Source: Eubacteriales bacterium
GTDB taxonomy: Bacteria > Bacillota > Clostridia > Oscillospirales > CAG-272
Direction: 5' to 3'
DNA: 64,000 nucleotides
Assembly: GCA_045658925.1 (NCBI GenBank)
Contig: JAZOVV010000072.1
Span: forward strand, 17,280 to 81,279
The translations under genes were made by a program, and so were the position numbers. Positions 1 to 8,295 of the stretch are shown in pieces. How positions within the stretch are numbered: the stretch's first letter is position 1; each line of letters starts with the position of its first letter. The notes beneath the pieces were generated by a model. The model did no database searches, was not told where the DNA came from, and worked only from the letters and a program-made list of their open reading frames with translations.

Positions 1-65
1 GCGCAACGTATGCGTGCGATTGTTCAAGCGGACACCTCCCTTTAAGAATTTAAAAATGCAATCGG

Positions 66-1076
66 TTATGCAAAAAGGCTGGAGAGAAACAGCAGTGCTA
101 CGATTGCCAAGAACACCCACATACCGGGGTTAAAGACAAGCGCATTCATCCATTTGTCAAAGCTGAGGGTGTATTCCCCTTTTTGCAAGGAACGGCTAAA
201 GCGTCGCAGGTTGGCAAGCAAGAAAATTGTACCAACCACAAGCGAAAGAAGCGTAAATACTGTGTACGCCATTAACATAATCTGTCCTACTGTATCGTTT
301 TCGGCAAGGGCCATATTCTCGTCCATACGGCGAATAAGCTCGGTTGTGTAAACACCGCCAATCATATTGAACGCGGCGTGGATAGAAATGGTATAAAGCA
401 CACTACCGGTTCTGACGTAGATGAAGCTGAGTAAAATACCCACACAGGTTGCGTAAAATACTTGATTGAAGTTGCCGTGCACCAATCCAAAAATCAAGCC
501 CGAAATCAAGATAGCGGGCAGGTCGCCGTAGCGGCGCAAGCGGTCGATGACAGCCTTGCGGTAAAAGAGCTCTTCAAAAATGGGTGCCAAAACGCCCACA
601 AAAAGCAGGTTGATGCCAAGAGGGGTGACAGAGGTCATTTGTTCCAACTCGTTTTCCACCTCAACACCCAGCATATTGTAGATCCAATCGCCAAAGTACT
701 GCCCCGCAATGTTTGCAGCGTAAGAGAGCGCAAAGCAAAGAAACAAAAATCCCACCCACATCAAGGGGTTCAGCTTTTGCTTTTGCGGCGCACTTTTGGG
801 AATGGTAAGAAGCAAAAGGTATGCAATGGGCATGGCAAATACATACATCGGTATCACCGAAAGCACCCATAAATACCAATCGTTTTCGGCAAGGGCAGGA
901 TTGATTCCCAAAACGACACCGTGAATAATCGCTTGCGCTACCGAGGTCAACAAAATGACCAGCGCAACAGAAAACGCAATAATGCCCGTGTGTAAGCGTG
1001 CTCTGGGCGGTTTTGTGGGCAGCACAATCTGCGCCGCATCATTTTGGTAGAACGTGTAATTTTGATATTGATTCAT
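66..1076 (-). CDS. CPBP-family intramembrane protease (CAAX/Abi-like), multi-pass membrane protein
   Basis: Track ORF 66..1355 trimmed to the ATG at 1076 (aa 94), which is preceded by AGGAGAC. The longer form would overlap mreB. Motifs seen: EELFYRK, FGLVH, HAAFN. Confidence 0.8.
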   Translation of the reverse strand: MNQYQNYTFYQNDAAQIVLPTKPPRARLHTGIIAFSVALVILLTSVAQAIIHGVVLGINPALAENDWYLWVLSVIPMYVFAMPIAYLLLLTIPKSAPQKQKLNPLMWVGFLFLCFALSYAANIAGQYFGDWIYNMLGVEVENELEQMTSVTPLGINLLFVGVLAPIFEELFYRKAVIDRLRRYGDLPAILISGLIFGLVHGNFNQVFYATCVGILLSFIYVRTGSVLYTISIHAAFNMIGGVYTTELIRRMDENMALAENDTVGQIMLMAYTVFTLLSLVVGTIFLLANLRRFSRSLQKGEYTLSFDKWMNALVFNPGMWVFLAIVALLFLSSLFA

Positions 1077-1091
1077 TTGTGTCTCCTTGAT

Positions 1092-1122
1092 AAAAACAAG
1101 GGCGGTGAGAATCTCGCCCTTG
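1092..1122 (-). terminator. intrinsic terminator downstream of mreB
   Basis: Stem CAAGGGCG/CGCCCTTG (1097-1104 / 1115-1122) followed on the minus strand by TTTTT. Confidence 0.6.
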
Positions 1123-1131
1123 CTGTTGTGA

Positions 1132-2139
1132 TTATTTAACCTTGTATTTGACGAACTCGGAGAAGTCTCCTGCGCTTTGCAGCATTCTGCCAAGTCCCAA
1201 ACAAACCGACTCCATCGGTCGTTTTGCAGTGATGACACGAATGCCTGTGCGGTCACTGATGGCACGGTCGATGCCGGGGAGCAGTGAACCGCCGCCGACA
1301 AGCACGATACCAAAATCGAAGATGTCGGCAGAAAGCTCGGGGGGCGTTTCTTCAAGAGTCATCTTGACCATCGAAATAATTTCGGAAAGCGGCTCCTTGA
1401 TAGCCTCTCTTACTTCCCCACTCTTGACCTCGATGGTAACGGCAAGACCTGTGCGCAGGTCTCTGCCGCAGACCTCCATTGTTCCGCGGTCGATATCGGG
1501 AGTTGCCGAGCCGATGCGCTTTTTGAGCACCTCTGCGGTGATGTCACCGATGAGGATGTTGCGCGTTTGCTTTAAGTAATTGACAATGGCAATATCCAAT
1601 TCGTTGCCTGCAACGCGCAGAGAATTGGACTCTACCACGCCGCCAAGGCTGATGATAGCCGTCTCCGAAACGCCGCCGCCAAGGTCAACGACCATCGCGC
1701 CTCTCGCCTTGGAGATTTGAATTCCCGCACCGACTGCCGCCGCAATGGGTTGGTCGATAAGTCCTACGTTCTTGGCACCCGCTTCAAAGGTGGCATCCTC
1801 AACGGCACGGCGTTCAACACCGGTCACTCCGTAAGGAATACAAACAAGCGCCACGGGGCGGTTGAAGAAGGACGTCATATCCATTCGCTCGAAGAAGTCG
1901 TGCAGCATCAGGGACGTGGTATGTAGGTCGGTGATAACACCGTCCTTGAGAGGGCGCAGTGCGAGAATGTTGCCCGGCGTTTTGCCCACCATACGCTTGG
2001 CTGTTGTGCCCGATGCGATAACCTCTTTGGTGGTGCGGTCAAGGGCGACCACCGAGGGCGCGCGCAACACGATGCCCTTATCCTTGAGATATATCATTGT
2101 GTTTGATGTGCCAAGATCAATGCCTATCTGCTTTGCCAA
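1132..2139 (-). CDS. mreB: rod-shape determining actin homologue MreB/Mbl
   Basis: 335 aa. N-terminus (M)AKQIGIDLGTSNT, DLGGGVSE phosphate-2 motif. TTG start 7 nt after GGAGGTG. Confidence 0.93.
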   Translation of the reverse strand: MAKQIGIDLGTSNTMIYLKDKGIVLRAPSVVALDRTTKEVIASGTTAKRMVGKTPGNILALRPLKDGVITDLHTTSLMLHDFFERMDMTSFFNRPVALVCIPYGVTGVERRAVEDATFEAGAKNVGLIDQPIAAAVGAGIQISKARGAMVVDLGGGVSETAIISLGGVVESNSLRVAGNELDIAIVNYLKQTRNILIGDITAEVLKKRIGSATPDIDRGTMEVCGRDLRTGLAVTIEVKSGEVREAIKEPLSEIISMVKMTLEETPPELSADIFDFGIVLVGGGSLLPGIDRAISDRTGIRVITAKRPMESVCLGLGRMLQSAGDFSEFVKYKVK

Positions 2140-2178
2140 CGGTGCTCACCTCCTTAAAAATTTCAGTATCTTAAGTCT

Positions 2179-2207
2179 ATTATAACATAAAGATTTGCGT
2201 TTGCATA
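2179..2207 (-). promoter_or_regulatory. putative mreB promoter (extended -10 TGTTATAAT, weak -35 TATGCA)
   Basis: TATAAT is the reverse complement of 2179-2184, preceded by TGT. Spacer is 17 nt. Confidence 0.4.
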
Positions 2208-2211
2208 CCCC

Positions 2212-2799
2212 TTAGAGCAAATTTTCTTTGAAAATTTGTGCGTGCAAACAACACATACGGTGCACAGGGAGACCGACTACGTTGAAATAGTCGCCCACAA
2301 TGCCCGAAATGTATGCCGATGCAAGTCCTTGAATGGCATACGCACCTGCTTTGTCGTAGGGTTTTGCCGCGCTGACGTAGTTGCAAATGGTTTCCTCGTC
2401 CATCTCGTCAAAGGTGACCTTTGTCACTTCGTGCGTTACGCCTTGGGCATTCGCGCCAATGAGACAAATGCCGCTGACGACCTCGTGCTCTCTGCCCGAA
2501 TAAAGGCGGAGCATTCTTTTTGCATCCTCCTCGTCGTGGGGCTTGCCCAAAATTTCGCCGTCGATAGCAACGACAGTATCCGACGAAATGATGACCGTAT
2601 CGCTCAAATCATATCCTTTTGCAAGGAGTGCATCGCGCACGGCAAGTCCCTTGCGCAAGGAAAGCTCCTCGACAAGCTGACAAGGGTCGGTAATATCACT
2701 GCTTTCGTCTGCCTCCGAGGTAATCACCTCAAACTCGACGCCGAGCATCTCCAAAATCTCGCGACGGCGCGGAGATTTGGAAGCCAAAATATATTTCAT
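2212..2799 (-). CDS. maf: Maf-like nucleoside triphosphate pyrophosphatase (septum formation protein)
   Basis: 195 aa. MKYILASKSPRRREIL..., AYAIQG motif. Sits in the classic position upstream of mreB. Confidence 0.9.
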   Translation of the reverse strand: MKYILASKSPRRREILEMLGVEFEVITSEADESSDITDPCQLVEELSLRKGLAVRDALLAKGYDLSDTVIISSDTVVAIDGEILGKPHDEEDAKRMLRLYSGREHEVVSGICLIGANAQGVTHEVTKVTFDEMDEETICNYVSAAKPYDKAGAYAIQGLASAYISGIVGDYFNVVGLPVHRMCCLHAQIFKENLL

Positions 2800-2889
2800 A
2801 GTTTGTTTGCAGAGTGTGAGTCTCTGTTTCCTTTCAATCGGTTTTGATAGACGCGGGGGAAGAAAGCCGAGCTCCCTTCCCCACGTGGT

Positions 2890-3831
2890 TTATTTTTTCA
2901 TCGAGATGGCTTTTTTTGCAGCCTCGGCAATCTTTGCGGGGGTGAGTCCGTACGCTTCGAGAAGTGCAGGAACAGTACCCGAGTGTCCGTAGGTGTCGTT
3001 CATACCAACACGAATGACGGGAACGGGACAAGTCTCGCAGATTGCCTCGGTAACAGCCGCACCAAGTCCGCCAATGATGTTGTGCTCCTCAGCGGTAACA
3101 AGTGCACCGGTCTCTTCGGCGGCTTTTGCCAAAATGTCTTTATCGATAGGCTTGATGGTGTGAATATTGATGATGCGTGCATCAATTCCCTCTTCGGCAA
3201 GAAGCTCTTTTGCTTCGATAGCCATAGAGACCATAAGACCCGTTGCAACAATGGTAACGTCCTTGCCCTCGGCAACGCAAACACCCTTGCCGAGCTCGAA
3301 CTTGTATTCGGGGTTATCGTTGATAACCGGAACGGCAAAGCGTCCAAAACGAAGATAGAACGGGCCGTTGGTGGTGAGTGCCGCCTCTACTGCCGCTCTT
3401 GCTTCGACCGCGTCCGAGGGGTTGACGATGGTCATACCGGGGATGGTACGCATCAGAGCGATATCCTCATTGCATTGGTGGGTTGCGCCATCCTCACCGA
3501 CAGTGATGCCTGCGTGGGTTGCGCCGATTTTAACGTTGAGGTGAGGGTAGCCGATAGAGTTGCGCACCTGCTCGAATGCTCTGCCTGCGGCGAACATTGC
3601 AAAGCTGGATGCGAAAACAGTCTTGCCTGTGGTAGCAATACCTGCTGCCACGCTCATCATATTGCCCTCGGCAATGCCGCAATCAAAGAATCTTTCGGGG
3701 CACGCCTTTTTGAATTTGACAGTCTTGGTCGCCTCTGCGAGGTCGGCATCAAGAACCACAAAATCGTATTTATCTGCAAGCTCTACAAGCGCGGAGCCGT
3801 AAGCTTCTCTGGTAGCCAATTTTTCTGCCAT
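2890..3831 (-). CDS. transketolase, C-terminal (pyrimidine-binding) subunit
   Basis: Track ORF trimmed to the ATG at 3831 (MAEKLATREAYG...), preceded by GGGGGAGAG. Follows the N-terminal subunit gene, as in split tkt operons. Confidence 0.9.
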   Translation of the reverse strand: MAEKLATREAYGSALVELADKYDFVVLDADLAEATKTVKFKKACPERFFDCGIAEGNMMSVAAGIATTGKTVFASSFAMFAAGRAFEQVRNSIGYPHLNVKIGATHAGITVGEDGATHQCNEDIALMRTIPGMTIVNPSDAVEARAAVEAALTTNGPFYLRFGRFAVPVINDNPEYKFELGKGVCVAEGKDVTIVATGLMVSMAIEAKELLAEEGIDARIINIHTIKPIDKDILAKAAEETGALVTAEEHNIIGGLGAAVTEAICETCPVPVIRVGMNDTYGHSGTVPALLEAYGLTPAKIAEAAKKAISMKK

Positions 3832-3844
3832 TGTTCTCTCCCCC

Positions 3845-4666
3845 TTATGCATTCAGTTCCGCCAAAGCAAGCGCGCATTGCTCATCGTTGGGAGCGGCGC
3901 CGTGCCAGTTGACCTTGTTTTCCATAAAGGATACGCCCTTGCCCTTAACCGTTTTTGCAACGATAGCGGTGGGCTTGCCCTTAACAGCTTTCGCCTCAGC
4001 GAAAGCGGCTTCGATTTGGTCAAAATCGTGACCGTCGATGGAAATGACGTGGAAGCCAAAGGCTTCGAGCTTTTTATCGTGGGGTGTGGGATTCATAACC
4101 TCGGCAACGGGGCCATCGATTTGCAGTCCGTTCCAGTCAACGATAACACAGAGGTTGTCCAATTTATAGTGGGATGCGAACATACAAGCCTCCCAAACCT
4201 GACCTTCTTCGCTTTCACCGTCGCCAACAACGGTGTAAACGCGGTAGTTCTTGTTATCAATCTTTGCCGCGAGTGCCATACCTGCCGCAGAGCTGATGCC
4301 AAGTCCCAAAGAACCTGCCGACATATCCACACCGGGGGTGAGCGTCATATCGGGGTGACCTTGCAGACGCGCACCGATTTTGCGCAGGGTGGTCAGCTCC
4401 TCAACGGGGAAATATCCGCGGTTAGCAAGTGCGGAATAAAGTCCGGGTGCACAGTGTCCCTTAGAAAGAACAAAACGGTCTCTCTCCGGCATTTGAGGGT
4501 TTGCGGGGTCAATGTTCATCTCCTCAAAATACAGATATGCCAAAATGTCAGCGATGGAAAGCGAACCACCGGGATGTCCCGATTTTGCCGCGTTTGTGCT
4601 CTTGATAATGCCGATGCGAATCTGTCTTGCGGTCTCGCGCAAGGCTTGCAGTTTGTTTTGCTCCAT
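3845..4666 (-). CDS. transketolase, N-terminal (thiamine-diphosphate-binding) subunit
   Basis: 273 aa. SGHPGGSLS, GDGESEEG motifs. RBS AGGAGGT upstream. Confidence 0.92.
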   Translation of the reverse strand: MEQNKLQALRETARQIRIGIIKSTNAAKSGHPGGSLSIADILAYLYFEEMNIDPANPQMPERDRFVLSKGHCAPGLYSALANRGYFPVEELTTLRKIGARLQGHPDMTLTPGVDMSAGSLGLGISSAAGMALAAKIDNKNYRVYTVVGDGESEEGQVWEACMFASHYKLDNLCVIVDWNGLQIDGPVAEVMNPTPHDKKLEAFGFHVISIDGHDFDQIEAAFAEAKAVKGKPTAIVAKTVKGKGVSFMENKVNWHGAAPNDEQCALALAELNA

Positions 4667-4760
4667 TTCGTACCTCCTGCGGGGTTAGACTTCCCTTTTA
4701 TTATATCCTAAATATATATATTTGTCAATAAGAAAAGAGATTTTGCGGGGAAATTCTTAT

Positions 4761-4976
4761 GGGGGAACTTTTTGGAAAAAGTTCCCCCCATCCCCCCTCA
4801 AAAACTTTCGCATAAAATGTGCAAAAGAAGTTTGTAGTAAACTTACGGACGGATGACGCAAGCCATTCGGCTTGCGTCATCCGTCTGTTAGCATACTAAC
4901 GATTCCATTTAGATAATTGTTGTGCGAGAGTTCTTGAAAGGGGTGTGGGGGGAACTTCTTGCAAGAAGTTTCCCCC
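4761..4976. repeat. composite REP/MITE-like element: two inverted ~55-bp modules flanking a 17-bp-stem hairpin
   Basis: Left module is 4761-4816 (GGGGGAACTTTTTGGAAAAAGTTCCCCCC...CTCAAAAACTTTCGCA). Right module 4921-4976 is its inverted homologue. Central hairpin is 4848-4864 / 4869-4885. Confidence 0.8.
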
Positions 4977-4998
4977 ACAAATCCATTGTTCTATCTAA

Positions 4999-5766
4999 TT
5001 ACTGCGCCGCATCAACGATAGCAGTGAACTTTTCTGCAACGAGGGACGCGCCGCCGATGAGGCCGCCGTCAACGTTGGGCTTTGCAAGCAATTCAGCTGC
5101 GTTCTTTTCGTTCATAGAGCCACCGTATTGGACGGTAACGGACTCTGCAACCTCTTCGCCATACATAGAAGCGAGAACCTTGCGGATGACGCCGCAGGTT
5201 TCTTCTGCTTGTTCGGGAGTCGCGGTCAAACCTGTGCCGATAGCCCAAACAGGCTCGTAAGCGATGATAACGTTCTTCATTTCTTCAGCGCTAACGCCTT
5301 GCAAATCAAGCTTGGTCTGCATAGCAACAACTTCGTCGGTGATGCCGGAAAGGCGTTGTTCCTTCACTTCGCCAAGGCAAAGGATAACCTTCATACCTGC
5401 GGCGAGAGCAGCCTTGGTGCGCAGATTAACGGTCTCGTCGGTCTCGCCAAAGTATTGACGTCTCTCGGAGTGACCGATGATAACGTATTCAACACCGCAA
5501 GCGGTGAGCATCTTTGCGGAAACTTCGCCGGTGTAAGCGCCTTTTTCTGCAAAGTGTACGTTCTCGGCACCAATTTTGATGTTAGAGCCCTTTGCAGCCT
5601 CTTGAGCAGCGGCAATGGTTACGTAAGGAGCACAGAAAATGATGTCGCAGTTATCTTTGCCTGCAACCATAGGCTTGATTTCATTGATAAACGCAGTTGC
5701 CTCGGCAGGAGTGAAGTTCATCTTCCAGTTGCCGGCAATTACGGTTCTTCTCTTCAAAGGATTCAT
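4999..5766 (-). CDS. tpiA: triosephosphate isomerase
   Basis: 255 aa. AGNWKMN, IIGHSERR, AYEPVWAIGTG. Confidence 0.95.
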   Translation of the reverse strand: MNPLKRRTVIAGNWKMNFTPAEATAFINEIKPMVAGKDNCDIIFCAPYVTIAAAQEAAKGSNIKIGAENVHFAEKGAYTGEVSAKMLTACGVEYVIIGHSERRQYFGETDETVNLRTKAALAAGMKVILCLGEVKEQRLSGITDEVVAMQTKLDLQGVSAEEMKNVIIAYEPVWAIGTGLTATPEQAEETCGVIRKVLASMYGEEVAESVTVQYGGSMNEKNAAELLAKPNVDGGLIGGASLVAEKFTAIVDAAQ

Positions 5767-5784
5767 ATCGGTTCACCTTTCTTT

Positions 5785-5821
5785 TTTACAAAATAAGGGG
5801 AACGGCGGCTCGCCGTTCCCC
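5785..5821 (-). terminator. hairpin + T-run between pgk and tpiA (terminator/attenuator)
   Basis: Stem GGGGAACGGCG/CGCCGTTCCCC (5797-5807 / 5811-5821), followed by TTATTTTGT on the minus strand. Confidence 0.55.
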
Positions 5822-5839
5822 GTTTGATTTTAGGATAAA

Positions 5840-7150
5840 TTACTTATCGAGCAAGCAAGCGATGCCGGGGAGCTCGAGACCCTCAAGGAACTCGAGAGAT
5901 GCACCGCCACCGGTGGAGATGTGAGTCATCTTGGGGCCAAAGCCGAGACGCTCAACAGCCTCTGCGGAGTCGCCACCGCCGATGATGGAAACAGCGCCGG
6001 ATTCTGCAACTGCAGCGGCAACGGTCTCGGTACCGGTTGCAAAGTTCTTCCACTCAGAAACGCCCATAGGACCGTTCCAAACAACGGTGCCTGCGCCCTT
6101 GATAGCAGCGGAGAAGAGCTCGCAGGTCTTGGGACCGATGTCAAGGCCCATCCAACCGTCGGGAATCATATCGGAGTCAACGTATTGGCTCTCGGTGTTC
6201 TCGTCATATTCCTTACCCAGCTTGTTGTCGATGGGGAGCAGGAAGTGAACGCCCTTAGCCTCAGCCTTAGCCATCATCTCTTTTGCAAGGTCAATCTTGT
6301 CGGTCTCGCACAGAGAAGTACCTACGTTGTAACCCTTAGCTGCAAAGAAGGTGTAAGCCATACCGCCACCAACGATGAGGGTATCGCACTTTTCCAAGAG
6401 GTTGTTGATAACGCCAATCTTGTCGGAAACCTTTGCACCGCCAAGAATAGCAACGAAGGGACGTGCAGGGTCTGCAAGAGCCTTGCCCATAACGCCGATT
6501 TCTTTTTGAATGAGATAGCCGCAAACTGCGGGGAGGTAATCAGCAACACCTGCGGTGGATGCGTGTGCACGGTGAGCAGTACCGAATGCGTCGTTTACAA
6601 ACAGACCGCCCTCGCCTGCGAGGTCAGCCAGAGCTTTTGCAAACTCGGGGTTGTTCTTAGTCTCACGAGCGTCAAAACGAACGTTCTCAATGAGTACGCA
6701 AGTGCCGTTTTCCATAGCGGCAACCTTTGCCTTTGCATCGTCACCGATGATGTCGGTAGCGAATACAACCTTGCCGCCGAGGTCTTGGTTAAGACGGTCA
6801 GCAACGGGCTTGAGAGTGAACTTAACGGGGTCGTTCTTCAGAGCCTTTGCCTTGAGCTCTGCGGTAGCAGCTTCTCTCTCGTCCTCAGGGAGAGCGTCAA
6901 CCTTCTTTTGTTCCTTCTTATCCAACTTGAAGTTGGGGGTGAAGATGGCGTGGGGCTTGCCCATGTGAGAGGAAAGGATAACCTTTGCACCCTTTTCCAT
7001 CAAATACTTGATGGTGGGGAGAGCACCAACGATTCTCTTATCGGAGGTGATAACGCCGTCCTTCATAGGAACGTTGAAATCGCAACGAACAAAAACTTTC
7101 TGTCCCGCTTTGATTTCGATATCTTCAATCGACTTTTTGTTGTAGGTCAT
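5840..7150 (-). CDS. pgk: phosphoglycerate kinase (with a ~40-aa insertion)
   Basis: 436 aa. [20 protein letters not shown] motifs. Confidence 0.95.
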   Translation of the reverse strand: MTYNKKSIEDIEIKAGQKVFVRCDFNVPMKDGVITSDKRIVGALPTIKYLMEKGAKVILSSHMGKPHAIFTPNFKLDKKEQKKVDALPEDEREAATAELKAKALKNDPVKFTLKPVADRLNQDLGGKVVFATDIIGDDAKAKVAAMENGTCVLIENVRFDARETKNNPEFAKALADLAGEGGLFVNDAFGTAHRAHASTAGVADYLPAVCGYLIQKEIGVMGKALADPARPFVAILGGAKVSDKIGVINNLLEKCDTLIVGGGMAYTFFAAKGYNVGTSLCETDKIDLAKEMMAKAEAKGVHFLLPIDNKLGKEYDENTESQYVDSDMIPDGWMGLDIGPKTCELFSAAIKGAGTVVWNGPMGVSEWKNFATGTETVAAAVAESGAVSIIGGGDSAEAVERLGFGPKMTHISTGGGASLEFLEGLELPGIACLLDK

Positions 7151-7283
7151 AGTTTTTCATTCCTTTCAAAATAATAAGAATTTTGCACATACATATATAT
7201 CATACCACAAAGTGGAAAAATTATCAATAGGTTTTGTGAAATTTTTGACTTACTTTGGCGCGATTTTTTTTGGAGAGAATGCA

Positions 7284-7462
7284 GGGGGAACTTTTTGAGA
7301 AAAGTTCCCCCCTGCACCCCCTTCAAAAACTTTCGCACAAAGAGGAAAACAAAAAAAGGGATAGTGCACCTCGCTATCCCTTTGTTTTGTTATTTTTGTT
7401 AGAGCGTTTTTGGGAAAGGGTGCGGGAAAACGCTTTTTTTCAAAAAAGGTTTTCCCGCAATC
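7284..7462. repeat. second composite REP/MITE-like element (type-1 module + hairpin + type-2 module)
   Basis: 7284-7341 is GGGGGAACTTTTTGAGAAAAGTTCCCCCC...TTCAAAAACTTTCGCACAAA. 7393-7462 is TTTTTGTTAGAGCG..GCGGGAAAACGC..GTTTTCCCGC. Confidence 0.8.
7345..7383 (-). terminator. intrinsic terminator after the ThyX-like gene, embedded in the composite repeat
   Basis: Stem AAAGGGATAG/CTATCCCTTT (7355-7364 / 7374-7383). T-rich on both sides. Confidence 0.6.
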
Positions 7463-7474
7463 TTTTACTAAAAT

Positions 7475-8098
7475 TCACTCCTTCACACAAATCCATTGGG
7501 CGGCGCAAGGGAGAGATTCAATCCACTCGCAGAGGGTATGCCACTCGGCGAGCTTGTGGGTGCGGCGCGCGTAATAGATGTTGATGAGGTTTTCGTAGTT
7601 GAGCGTAACGGTACGCATTTGGTTATAGGAAGACGGCAGCATTTGAATCATATTGTGCCAGCTTTGACGGTCTTCCTTGTTCTCGAGGAACTTTTGGCGT
7701 TCACATTCGAGGTAGTCGACGATGGCATCGAGCATATTGAGTCCGCTTTCGTCAAGGCGGTCGTGCGAGAAGTCATCACGTGAGAACTCCTTGGCGTGAA
7801 TTTTGTGCATCGTCGAGGTAGAATTGGCAACGGTTCCTACCTTGTAGGTATCAAATTCCTTCCACCAATACAGGGGAGCGGTGATGTCGACAGAGACAAA
7901 CACCTGACGCAAAAATTTGCGGTGGTCGCTGCCCGCAACTGCCAAGCGGTGACCGAAATCGAGGTCGGCTTCGCCGATGATAAACTTGCCGTTCTCGTCG
8001 TATGTACTGTCCGACTTTGCCCAGCTGTTCATAGGGTTGCGTGCGCCTCTGATGGCGTTATCGATATTCATAACGGATGTGCGTTCCACTTTGAGCAT
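7475..8098 (-). CDS. ThyX/Thy1-fold protein lacking the RHRxxS signature (function unknown)
   Basis: Track ORF trimmed to the ATG at 8098 (GGAGGAC RBS). The upstream part overlaps the antiporter promoter. It aligns by eye to ThyX: [66 protein letters not shown]. Confidence 0.6.
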   Translation of the reverse strand: [207 protein letters not shown]

Positions 8099-8214
8099 TG
8101 TTATGTCCTCCGTGCCTTTTTCTGTATCAAGTATACCATATCCCACCCAAAATGTCAATTCTTTTTTGCTTTTTCGATTGTGAAAAAGATGTTGAAGTTT
8201 TTTTGATTTTTCTA

Positions 8215-8243
8215 TTGACATTCGCGTTTATTGGGAGTATAAT
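8215..8243 (+). promoter_or_regulatory. consensus sigma-A promoter of the antiporter gene
   Basis: TTGACA (8215-8220), 17 nt spacer, TATAAT (8238-8243). Confidence 0.75.
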
Positions 8244-8295
8244 AGTCGATGTTTTGTGATTTTGCTTATATTACATATAAAGAAGGTATAAAATT

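Noticed and set aside
1-27. Possible 5' end of another minus-strand gene (GGGAGGTG, 7 nt gap, TTG at 25-27) leaving the window.
   Set aside because: Only 9 codons are visible, which is too short to support as a feature.
4741-7345. Mini-ORFs translating the REP modules (4922-5260, 7147-7338, 7255-7584; GELF/KGVWGG/FLKKFP peptides).
   Set aside because: They coincide exactly with palindromic repeats present in both orientations in intergenic DNA. They have no RBS.
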